Part shown: one piece after another, positions 9,182 through 16,741 of the stretch | How positions within the stretch are numbered: position 1 is the stretch's first letter | How the letters are laid out: each line of letters opens with the position of its first letter | NCBI GenBank assembly: GCA_964195905.1 | Contig: CAXMQV010000127.1 | Coordinates: forward strand, 17,681-81,680 | Reading direction: 5' to 3' | DNA from: an uncultured Gammaproteobacteria bacterium | GTDB lineage: Bacteria > Actinomycetota > Acidimicrobiia > Spongiisociales > SHLN01 | DNA length: 64,000 nt | Made by a program: the position numbers and the translations under genes | Notes under the pieces: generated by a model | The model's database searches: none | What the model saw: the letters and a program-made list of their open reading frames with translations, nothing else | What the model was told of the DNA's origin: nothing

Positions 9182-9680
9182 AATGCCGCTTGACGCCGCC
9201 GTACTTCATGCGGGTGTCCGACATGGAGGCCACTTCGGCGTCATCGTCTCTGATGCCGGCCGCCACGACTTCGCCGAGAAACAGCGTATGGGTGCCTACC
9301 TCGATCGCCTCTCGGACCGCGCATTCGAGGTAGGCGACCGCCTCCTCGAACACCGGCGCCCCGGTTTGGCCTTCCCGAATCGGGCGCTCGTTGAGGGTCA
9401 TCCCATCCTTGGTTGCTGGCTTCGAGAACTTGACGAAGGGCCGAGTGTCTTCGGCATCCCAGAGATTGATGGTGAAGACCCGGCTCTCGTCGACGAGACG
9501 GTGGGTAACGGAGCTGCTGTCGACCGACACGGCGATGAGCACCGGCTCCATGGACACCTGAGTCACCCAACTCTGGGTCATGCCGTTCCACGCGTCGCCG
9601 GACCGCGAGCCGAGCAAGCACAGCGCGTTCGGAATCTTCCACGTGACCTTGTTGATGAGTTCGATCGGCAGATCTGACAC
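9180..9680 (-). CDS. flavin reductase-domain protein
   Basis: 166 aa. Flavin_Reduct-like pattern ALCLLGSRSGDAWNGMTQSWVTQVSMEPVLIAVSV...HTLFLGEVV. Confidence 0.75.
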   Translation of the reverse strand: MSDLPIELINKVTWKIPNALCLLGSRSGDAWNGMTQSWVTQVSMEPVLIAVSVDSSSVTHRLVDESRVFTINLWDAEDTRPFVKFSKPATKDGMTLNERPIREGQTGAPVFEEAVAYLECAVREAIEVGTHTLFLGEVVAAGIRDDDAEVASMSDTRMKYGGVKRH

Positions 9681-9725
9681 GAGCCTCCATCCTTTCGGAG
9701 AGGGATCACTGTACGGGATCCGGCG

Positions 9726-9750
9726 CAGCTACCAGCTACCAGTTACCAGT
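9726..9750. repeat. tandem heptamer array (CAGCTAC) x3.5
   Basis: cagctac cagctac cagttac cagt. Divergent spacer. Confidence 0.9.
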
Positions 9751-9781
9751 TTTCTGTGTCGGAGCGACGGGCCGGGGGCCC

Positions 9782-9809
9782 GCGGCCGGCGGCCGGCGGC
9801 CGGCGGCGA
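9782..9809. repeat. tandem heptamer array (GCGGCCG) x4
   Basis: gcggccg gcggccg gcggccg gcggcga. 30 nt upstream of the usp ATG. Confidence 0.9.
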
Positions 9810-9838
9810 AGCGACCATCCCGGCTAGCCTCACGCTTG

Positions 9839-10342
9839 ATGAACATCCTCATCGCAACGGCTGGCGTGCTTCCACCCGAGCCGGTCGCCGCCATCGTCGA
9901 GCGCCTGGTCGATTCTCGCGACACGGTGCGGGTGATAACGGTCCTTGCGATCCCCCGCTCGTTCCTCAACGAAATCCGGTCCGAGGAATGGCGACCGCTC
10001 ACTGAGAGTGCCCCCGGGTGGGACGAGGAGGAAGATGCGGTGATCGCTCGCTACGTCGAAGAGCGCGGCCGCCGACTCACCGACCCCGTGGTCTCCGCTC
10101 TGCGGACCCGCAATATCGATGCCGAGGCCATTCACCTGGAAGGCGAGGACAAAGCCGGGGCCATCATCAGCACCGCCGAAGCGATCGATGCCGACCTGGT
10201 CGTTCTCGGTGCTACCAGGCAGATCTTCGCCGAGTCCGCCTGGGAGAGCATCTCAGCCAGAGTGATGGCCGACACCCGCCGACCCGTGCTGGTCGTTCCC
10301 GGCCACATCCCCTCCGACGAGGAGCCCGAATCGATTGACTGA
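9839..10342 (+). CDS. universal stress protein (UspA family)
   Basis: MNILIATAG...ADLVVLGATRQ...PVLVVPG layout. ATG at 9839 preferred over TTG at 9836. Confidence 0.75.
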   Translation: MNILIATAGVLPPEPVAAIVERLVDSRDTVRVITVLAIPRSFLNEIRSEEWRPLTESAPGWDEEEDAVIARYVEERGRRLTDPVVSALRTRNIDAEAIHLEGEDKAGAIISTAEAIDADLVVLGATRQIFAESAWESISARVMADTRRPVLVVPGHIPSDEEPESID

Positions 10343-11222
10343 GTTCCTGCGCACCCCGGACGACGCCTTCGTGGGCCTTCCCGATTACCCCTTCGAGCCC
10401 AACTACTTCGAGTGGAACGGCATCCGGATGCACTACCTGGATGAAGGCGAAGGCAGGCCGGTCGTCCTGTTCCACGGTGAACCAACCTGGTCGTTCCTGT
10501 ACCGGAAGGTGATCCCTCCGCTGGTGGACGCCGGCTACCGATGCATCGCCCCCGATTACGTGGGACTTGGCAGGTCCGACAAGCCGGTCGACGACGCTTT
10601 CTATACCTTCGACATGCACACCGACTCCGTGACCGCTCTGCTGGGATCGCTCGACCTGGTCGATGCCACCGTCGTGGGTCAGGATTGGGGCGGACCGATC
10701 GGTCTCCGCTTCGCCGTCGAGAACCCTGAGATCGTGACCCGCCTTGTGGTTCTCAACACCGGTCTCTTCAGTGGCCGCGGCTCGATGTCCGAGAGCTGGA
10801 TGAGGTTCCGAGATTGGGTGAAAGACACGCCCGACCTCCCGGTCGACTTCCTCATGTCCCGCAGCGAGGCACACCCCTGGGGAGCCGAAGTCCTGGCCGC
10901 CTACGGAGCACCCTTCCCTACCGCGGAACACAAGGCCGGGATCAGGCGGTTCCCGATGATGGTGCCGCTCGATCCAGACGATCCGGGGGCGGCCGAGATG
11001 CTGGCGATACGCCAGAAGCTTTCGGCATGGGAGAATCCGGCCTACGTGTTGTTCTCGACTGGCGATCCCATCTTCACGACCCGTACCGGCGAACGCCTCG
11101 CCGAGCTCATCCCCGGCGCCGGTCCGCTCGACACCATCGACGATGCCGCCCACTTCCTTCAAGAAGACCAGGGTGAGGAAGTCGGCCGCCGGATCGCTTC
11201 CTGGCTCGATTCGCTCGGTTGA
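10335..11222 (+). CDS. haloalkane dehalogenase (DhlA-like, alpha/beta hydrolase)
   Basis: Close match along the whole length to remembered DhlA: IRTPDxxF..YPFxPNY...HYLDEG...HGEPTWSxLYRKxIP, nucleophile motif GQDWGG, C-terminal AAHFLQED. TTG start overlaps the usp stop. Confidence 0.9.
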   Translation: MTEFLRTPDDAFVGLPDYPFEPNYFEWNGIRMHYLDEGEGRPVVLFHGEPTWSFLYRKVIPPLVDAGYRCIAPDYVGLGRSDKPVDDAFYTFDMHTDSVTALLGSLDLVDATVVGQDWGGPIGLRFAVENPEIVTRLVVLNTGLFSGRGSMSESWMRFRDWVKDTPDLPVDFLMSRSEAHPWGAEVLAAYGAPFPTAEHKAGIRRFPMMVPLDPDDPGAAEMLAIRQKLSAWENPAYVLFSTGDPIFTTRTGERLAELIPGAGPLDTIDDAAHFLQEDQGEEVGRRIASWLDSLG

Positions 11223-11223
11223 C

Positions 11224-11781
11224 GTGGCACACCGGTTGACGCTCGTGCTGCTCGCTCTGGCGCTCCTGGCGAGCGCTTGTGGCAGCGGGCCATCGCTCAC
11301 CGAGTATGCCGCGGAACTCCAAGCGATCGTCGGCACTCACAACGTAGACATGGACGGCAACGACAGCGACTTCGAGCGCCAGCCTCCGACCGTCGAAAGC
11401 ATCCGCTCTTATGCGACCACCCGCATGGAACTTCGCAACACCTTCCTGGCCGAGTTGGAAGCACTCGAACCTCCCAGCGAGGCCGCCGATCTCCACTCAG
11501 CCGCCCTTGAAACGATTCGCACGCTGGTGGCGGCCGAGCAGGAATTGTTTGAGATTGCGACCGGCAGCGACGACATCAACGACCTGCAGGACTTGTGGAC
11601 TTCCCCGGCGGGCCAGACCGCCCGTGACGCCGACGCACAGACCATCGCCATCTGTCAGGCGGCGGAAGCTGCCATCAACTCGACCGAGGAGCGCCAGGCC
11701 CTCGTTGGCATGGTGTGGGTCCCAACCGAACTCCAGGAAGTTGTCACCGTCGCCTTCGAGTGCACCGCCGCCGAGCGCTGA
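11224..11781 (+). CDS. lipoprotein of unknown function
   Basis: GTG start one codon after the upstream stop. VAHRLTLVLLALALLASACG lipobox. High GC3. Confidence 0.65.
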   Translation: MAHRLTLVLLALALLASACGSGPSLTEYAAELQAIVGTHNVDMDGNDSDFERQPPTVESIRSYATTRMELRNTFLAELEALEPPSEAADLHSAALETIRTLVAAEQELFEIATGSDDINDLQDLWTSPAGQTARDADAQTIAICQAAEAAINSTEERQALVGMVWVPTELQEVVTVAFECTAAER

Positions 11782-11804
11782 GGAAATTCTCCCTCGTCAA
11801 TCCG

Positions 11805-11853
11805 GCGCCCCCTCCGCCCCTGGCGGCGCACCTCCCCCTCCGGGGGAGGAAAT
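11805..11853. repeat. REP-like double-hairpin element, copy 1 (between convergent genes)
   Basis: GCGCCCCCTCCGCCCCTGGCGGCGCACCTCCCCCTCCGGGGGAGGAAA. The terminal hairpin CCTCCCCC-tcc-GGGGGAGG is at 11831-11849. Confidence 0.8.
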
Positions 11854-12215
11854 CAAGCGCCGCGGGTGAGGTTTTCGAGGTGGATGGGATTGGCCGGAGC
11901 CAGCAGCAGATGCTCCTCATCGTGGCTGAGCCAGAGATCGGGAGCGGCCTCCAGCCACACATGTTTGGGAAATGCACTGAGACGGGAACGCCACCGCCGG
12001 TTGGGAGGCCGGTAGAGCAGCACCTCGGGAGCCGGGGCCGACAGCGAGTCGAGCCGACCGACGAGGTCGTATTGACCGAACACCTCGGCCATGCCCTCGG
12101 CCGGGTCGAGCCAGCCGCCGTCGCGGTACCAGGCAACGTCGCCGCAGTCGGCACAGCTGACAATCTCTACGCCGGCCACGGTCACCGGGCTATGGGTGCA
12201 GGTCTTTGTCTCCAT
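11853..12215 (-). CDS. hypothetical protein (Cys/His-containing N-terminus)
   Basis: Start taken at METKTCTHSPV...SCADCGDVAWY. No family recognised. Coding-like GC3. Confidence 0.5.
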   Translation of the reverse strand: METKTCTHSPVTVAGVEIVSCADCGDVAWYRDGGWLDPAEGMAEVFGQYDLVGRLDSLSAPAPEVLLYRPPNRRWRSRLSAFPKHVWLEAAPDLWLSHDEEHLLLAPANPIHLENLTRGA

Positions 12216-12245
12216 GACCACCACTATGACGATCGGGTGTGACAG

Positions 12246-12280
12246 AAAACCGCAAACCGCCGACCGACAACCGCCCACCG
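12246..12280. repeat. degenerate heptamer array (NNNACCG) x5
   Basis: aaaaccg caaaccg ccgaccg acaaccg cccaccg. Confidence 0.8.
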
Positions 12281-12296
12281 CTATCTAAGCCAAGGA

Positions 12297-12324
12297 CGGT
12301 GGGCGGTTCGCGGTAGGCGGTACG
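12297..12324. repeat. degenerate heptamer array (CGGTNNG) x4, inverted relative to 12246-12280
   Basis: cggtggg cggttcg cggtagg cggtacg. The 12 nt cggtgggcggtt are the exact complement of 12269-12280. Confidence 0.8.
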
Positions 12325-12329
12325 CCCAC

Positions 12330-12360
12330 GAAGAAGCCGACCCCGGGGGTCGGCTTCTTC
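12330..12360. terminator. 13-bp GC-rich hairpin downstream of the secreted repeat-protein gene
   Basis: GAAGAAGCCGACC-ccggg-GGTCGGCTTCTTC. Confidence 0.6.
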
Positions 12361-12414
12361 GTTTCGGAGGGGCTGGTTTGAGGTGGGAGGGGGCCTCGTC
12401 CAGTCTCCTGATTG

Positions 12415-13323
12415 CTAGGCGCTGAGGCTCGCATCCTCGGCGGGTGGAGCGAAGTTGCCACCACCGAAGCCGGGGCCGCCGCGGCCGGGGCCACGTCGTC
12501 CGCCGCGATCGCCACGGTCACCGAAGCCGGGACCGTCACCGGGCACGGACTGCACCCTCTCGGTGATCCGCTCGGTGATGTCGGCCAGGCGCTCGTCGGC
12601 CTGCTCCTGGGTCAGGGTGCCGTCGGCAACCTTGTCCGCCAGGTCGGCGGCCGCCGGGGCGACGAGCCCATCCACCAGGGTGTCGAGATCGACGCCCTGC
12701 TCGGCTGCGATGTCGGCCAGGGTTGTCTCCCCAGCCTCGAGGGCGGCCTGGATGTCCTCGAATGGAATCCCGACTACGTCGGCCAGGTTCTGCTGGCGTT
12801 CGGCCTGGCGGGCTTCCCGCTCGGCCTCGTGCTCGGCACGCTCAACGTCACGGCTCGCCTGGATCTCGTCTTGAGTCGAGTTCACCATGGTGGTGATCTT
12901 CCCAGTCGCTTCGGCGAGGATCTCGTCGGCCTTCTCCTGAGTGATCTTCTCGTCGGCGACGGCGCCATCGAGTTTCTCCGTCAGGTCGGCCACCAACGAG
13001 TCGACCAGGGCTGTGCCACTGGACCCATTGGCAGTGGCTATGTCGCCCAGGGTGTCGCCGGCCTCGAGAGCGTCCACAATGACTTGCGGATCATCGATGC
13101 CGAGGAACTCCGCCACCCGGTCGAGGTGGCCGGGTCCGCCCCGCATGCCGCGGTGGCCGGCCCGTCCCTCGAACCCACGCTCGTGAGCGGACTTCTCCAC
13201 CCGGGTGTCCCCGGCAGGAGGGACCGTATCGTCGGTCCCATCACTCTGGGCGAAGGCCATGCCGCTTGCGGCGATGGCGGCCACCACCAGGGCGACGAAC
13301 CCGATCTTCAGACTCTGTTTCAT
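12415..13323 (-). CDS. secreted protein with internal ~75-aa duplication and Arg/Gly-rich C-terminal tail
   Basis: Signal peptide MKQSLKIGFVALVVAAIAASGMAFA. Two homologous segments (LGIDDPQVIVDALEAGDTLGDIA...EKITQEKADEILAE and VGIPFEDIQAALEAGETTLADIA...GTLTQEQADERLAD). Tail GDRGDRGGRRGPGRGGPGFGGG. Confidence 0.7.
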   Translation of the reverse strand: MKQSLKIGFVALVVAAIAASGMAFAQSDGTDDTVPPAGDTRVEKSAHERGFEGRAGHRGMRGGPGHLDRVAEFLGIDDPQVIVDALEAGDTLGDIATANGSSGTALVDSLVADLTEKLDGAVADEKITQEKADEILAEATGKITTMVNSTQDEIQASRDVERAEHEAEREARQAERQQNLADVVGIPFEDIQAALEAGETTLADIAAEQGVDLDTLVDGLVAPAAADLADKVADGTLTQEQADERLADITERITERVQSVPGDGPGFGDRGDRGGRRGPGRGGPGFGGGNFAPPAEDASLSA

Positions 13324-13413
13324 CTCTGTTCTCCTTTCCAAGAACTTGCGATAGTCCAAGGATGCGACCCGCAGGTATGGAGTCTGTTAGGGGGACCTAA
13401 GAGTGAGATAAGT

Positions 13414-13435
13414 TCAAGAGTCAACAGTCAACAGT
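13414..13435. repeat. tandem heptamer array (TCAACAG) x3
   Basis: tcaagag tcaacag tcaacag t. Confidence 0.85.
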
Positions 13436-13452
13436 TGGAGATACCCCTCTGA

Positions 13453-13477
13453 CTGTGAACTGTGAACTGTGAACTGG
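13453..13477. repeat. tandem heptamer array (CTGTGAA) x3.5
   Basis: ctgtgaa ctgtgaa ctgtgaa ctgg. Confidence 0.9.
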
Positions 13478-13492
13478 GGACCCGGGGGCTCC

Positions 13493-15394
13493 CTAGACCG
13501 CTGCTCCAGCTTGGAACTGGGTTTCGTAGAGGCGGGCGTAGAGGCCGCTTGCCGACAGCAATTCATCGTGGGTGCCGGTTTCCACGATGCGGCCCTCGTC
13601 CAGCACCAGAATCCGATCGGCGGCCAGGATGGTGGATAGGCGGTGGGCGATGACCAGCGACGTGCGGCCCCGCATGATGCCGTCGAGAGCCTCCTGAATG
13701 AGTGCCTCAGAGCGAGCGTCGAGGTGGGAGGTGGCCTCATCGAGGATGAGGATGCGAGGATCCTTGAGAATGACCCGGGCGATCGCCACCCGTTGCTTCT
13801 CCCCGCCCGACAGCCGGTAGCCGCGCTCCCCCACCCGGGTGTCATACCCGCGGGGCAGCGAGGCGATGTAGTCGTGGATGTTGGCGGCCCGGGCCGCCGC
13901 TTCCAGCTCCTCCGGTGTGGCATCCGGTTTGGCGTACTTGAGGTTGGCGGCGATCGAGTCGTGGAACAGATAGCTCTCCTGGGTCACAACTCCGATGTGA
14001 CCTGCCAATGAGTCGAATTCGATATCACGCACGTCGTGTCCATCGATCCGGACAACTCCCGTCGTGGCGTCGTAGAGCCGGGGCACGAGGTAGGTCACCG
14101 TGGTCTTCCCCGCCCCGCTCGGACCGACCAGCGCCACCAGCTCCCCCGGCTCGACGTTGAACGAGACTCCCTCAAGGGCGGTCCGCCGGGTCGACACCTG
14201 CACGAGCTCGTCGTCTTCGATCTTCTCCGTCGGGCGCCACATCGACATCCGCTTGACCGTCTGCAGCCCGACATCTTCGCCGGCGGAGTAATCGAAGCTG
14301 ACGTCATCGAAGCTGATGGCCCCCCGCATGTCGGGAAGCTCAACCGCGTCTTCGTGCTGGCTGATCTCCTGATGAATGTCGACCACCTCGAAGACCCGTT
14401 CGAACGAAACGAAGCTGGTGGCGAGCTCGACCCGGGCGTTGGAGAGGCCAGACAGCGCACCGTACAGCCCGGACAAATAGGCCGCCAGCGCCACCACGGT
14501 GCCGACTTTGAGCTCCTCGTTGATAACGAGCACGGCACCAACCCAGAACACCGCGGCAGTGCCAATGGCACTGACAAGCCCCAGCGCCATGAAGAACCAG
14601 CGGCCGATGAGAGCCCGTCGTACACCGAGGTCGCGGACATCGGCGGCCTCGACTTCAAACGTCGCATCCTCGTCCTTCGCTCGTCCGAACAGTTTGACCA
14701 GCAGAGCCCCTGACACGTTGAGTGCCTCGTTCATGGTGGCGTTCATGTCGGCGTTGCGGTCCATCTGCTCGCGAGCGATTTTTCGCAACGCCTTCCCGAC
14801 CCGGCGCGACGGGATGACGAACAGAGGAACAACAGCCACGGCCATCAGGGTGAGACGCCACTCCAGCTGCAGCATGATGACGAGCGTCAAGACCGCCAGA
14901 AACACGTTGGACACGATGGTGACCAGTGTCCCGGTGATGGCCTGCTGGGCACCTACCACGTCGTTGTTGAGGCGAGACATGAGCTCACCGGTGCGGGTGT
15001 TGGTGAAGAATCGCATCGACATGCCCTGCAGGTGTGAGAACAACTGGCGGCGCAGGTCGAAGATGATCCCTTCCCCGGCCCGGGCCGATGCCCACCGTTG
15101 CAGCACGCCAAGGATCCCGTTCACCAGCGGGACCGTCATCATGAGGATGCCGAGAATGGTGACCCTTCCCAGGTCTTCGTCGGGGATGGCCCGATCGATC
15201 AGGTCGCGAATCAGGAGCGGCGGCACCAGGGTCATCGCCGTGATGAAAATGATGGTGATGAACACGAGGGCGAGTTCGACCCGATACGGGTTGGCATAGG
15301 CGAGAACGCGTTTGAACAGTGCCCGATCAAGGGTGGGTTTGTCCTGCTCCTCGTCGTACTTCAGGTACGACCACCAACCGCCCGAGTGAAACAT
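13493..15394 (-). CDS. ABC exporter, fused permease/ATPase (MsbA-like type I)
   Basis: Walker A GPSGAGKTT, signature LSGGEKQRVAIARV, Walker B ILILDEATSHLD, six-TM N-terminal half. Start set at MFHSGGWW. Confidence 0.9.
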   Translation of the reverse strand: MFHSGGWWSYLKYDEEQDKPTLDRALFKRVLAYANPYRVELALVFITIIFITAMTLVPPLLIRDLIDRAIPDEDLGRVTILGILMMTVPLVNGILGVLQRWASARAGEGIIFDLRRQLFSHLQGMSMRFFTNTRTGELMSRLNNDVVGAQQAITGTLVTIVSNVFLAVLTLVIMLQLEWRLTLMAVAVVPLFVIPSRRVGKALRKIAREQMDRNADMNATMNEALNVSGALLVKLFGRAKDEDATFEVEAADVRDLGVRRALIGRWFFMALGLVSAIGTAAVFWVGAVLVINEELKVGTVVALAAYLSGLYGALSGLSNARVELATSFVSFERVFEVVDIHQEISQHEDAVELPDMRGAISFDDVSFDYSAGEDVGLQTVKRMSMWRPTEKIEDDELVQVSTRRTALEGVSFNVEPGELVALVGPSGAGKTTVTYLVPRLYDATTGVVRIDGHDVRDIEFDSLAGHIGVVTQESYLFHDSIAANLKYAKPDATPEELEAAARAANIHDYIASLPRGYDTRVGERGYRLSGGEKQRVAIARVILKDPRILILDEATSHLDARSEALIQEALDGIMRGRTSLVIAHRLSTILAADRILVLDEGRIVETGTHDELLSASGLYARLYETQFQAGAAV

Positions 15395-15455
15395 CAATCC
15401 TCCTGAGCGGACAAGAGTAGGGCGGTGCGTACGCCAAGCCATCCCTGCCGGTGGG

Positions 15456-16244
15456 GTGAGCATGCCCCCGAACGGGTACGATGCGAGGGTGCTGCGGCCT
15501 ATCACCCTTATTCGAAGCAGCTTTCCCCATCAGCCGGTGTTCGACACCGCCATTTCCCATGCGCTCTTGCGGCGGGCGGACCGGGGCGAGATTGGCGAGA
15601 CGCTCCGGGTGAGTGTCCCCGCCCGGATGGTCGCCTTCGGAAGCCAGGACGTCGCCGGCGCCGGATACAAGGAGGCGGCCGTCGAGGCCCGCCGGCGCGG
15701 GTTTGCCGCCATCGAGCGTCTGGCCGGAGGCCGGGCGGCCGTGTTCCACTCCGGAACGATCTCGTTTTCCTGGACGGTCCCCGACCTCGAGCCCCGGGCC
15801 GGAATAACCACCCGCTTCAAGGAGATTGCCGACGTGGCCGCCGCCGCCCTCGAGAGCCTCGGAGTCGAGGCTCACATCGGCGAGGTACCCGGCGAATACT
15901 GCCCCGGTACCTACAGCGTCAACGCCCGCCGACAGCGCAAGATCGCCGGGGTGGGCCAGCGGGTCATTGCCGGCGCCGCCCACATCGGCGGGGTCATCGT
16001 CGTGAACGACTCCGCTGCCATCCGGGACGTGCTCGTCCCGGTCTACGCGGCGCTGGGCGTGCCGTGGGAACCCATGACCGCCGGGAGCATCGAGGACGAG
16101 TTGGGAGCACCGCGGGATATCGAGAAGGTGGCCGATGCCTTCGTCGCCGAGTTCGCCGACCGCTTTGCACTCGAGGAGGGCCTCCTCGACGATCCAACCC
16201 TCGCTGAAGCCGAGACACTCGCTCCGGGACAGGCCTCCCCATGA
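15456..16244 (+). CDS. lipoate-protein ligase / BPL_LplA_LipB family protein
   Basis: RLAGGRAAVFHSG and RKIAGVGQR motifs of the LplA/LipB fold. 4-nt overlap with aroQ. Confidence 0.75.
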   Translation: MSMPPNGYDARVLRPITLIRSSFPHQPVFDTAISHALLRRADRGEIGETLRVSVPARMVAFGSQDVAGAGYKEAAVEARRRGFAAIERLAGGRAAVFHSGTISFSWTVPDLEPRAGITTRFKEIADVAAAALESLGVEAHIGEVPGEYCPGTYSVNARRQRKIAGVGQRVIAGAAHIGGVIVVNDSAAIRDVLVPVYAALGVPWEPMTAGSIEDELGAPRDIEKVADAFVAEFADRFALEEGLLDDPTLAEAETLAPGQASP

Positions 16245-16672
16245 ATGTGCTGGTCATCAACGGCCCCAATCTCAACTTGCTCGGCACCCGGGAGCCGGAG
16301 GTCTACGGGACCGCCACCCTCTCGGATCTCGATGAAATGTGCGCCGCCTGGGGATCGGAGCTCGGCTTGACCGTCTCGACCTTCCAGTCGAACCACGAGG
16401 GAGCCATCATCGACCGGGTCCACGCCGCGGCCGGCAACGCCGACGGCATCGTCCTGAACGCCGGAGCGCTCACGCACTACTCATACGCGCTCTACGACGC
16501 ACTGGTAGCGGTTGGACTGCCGACGGTGGAAGTCCACATCTCCGACATCCATGCCAGGGAGGAATGGCGGCGCCGATCGGTCATCCAACCCGCCTGTCTC
16601 ACCCAGATCAGCGGCGAAGGGCTAGACGGGTACCGCCGGGCGCTGGCAATCCTGGCCGAAGACGCCGGTTGA
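16241..16672 (+). CDS. aroQ: 3-dehydroquinate dehydratase, type II
   Basis: MNVLVINGPNLNLLGTREPEVYG...FQSNHEGAIID...LNAGALTHYSYAL...VEVHISDIHAREEWRR. Confidence 0.95.
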   Translation: MNVLVINGPNLNLLGTREPEVYGTATLSDLDEMCAAWGSELGLTVSTFQSNHEGAIIDRVHAAAGNADGIVLNAGALTHYSYALYDALVAVGLPTVEVHISDIHAREEWRRRSVIQPACLTQISGEGLDGYRRALAILAEDAG

Positions 16673-16690
16673 GGGCCGGCTCACCACCGT

Positions 16691-16739
16691 GACGCCCCCT
16701 CCGGCCCTTCGGGCCACCTCCCCCTCCGGGGGAGGAAAG
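16691..16739. repeat. REP-like double-hairpin element, copy 2 (between convergent aroQ and the aminotransferase gene)
   Basis: GACGCCCCCTCCGGCCCTTCGGGCCACCTCCCCCTCCGGGGGAGGAAA. The last 24 nt are identical to copy 1. Hairpins at GGCCC-ttc-GGGCC and 16717-16735. Confidence 0.8.
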
Positions 16740-16741
16740 CG

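Noticed and set aside
10212-11336. 374-aa minus-strand ORF
   Set aside because: It lies antisense to the haloalkane dehalogenase gene, whose full-length family match is unambiguous. Its composition is the Arg/Gly/Pro-rich shadow type.
12412-13452. 346-aa + strand ORF
   Set aside because: It lies antisense to the secreted repeat protein, which has a signal peptide and an internal duplication. This ORF has neither and runs through the heptamer arrays and a terminator hairpin.
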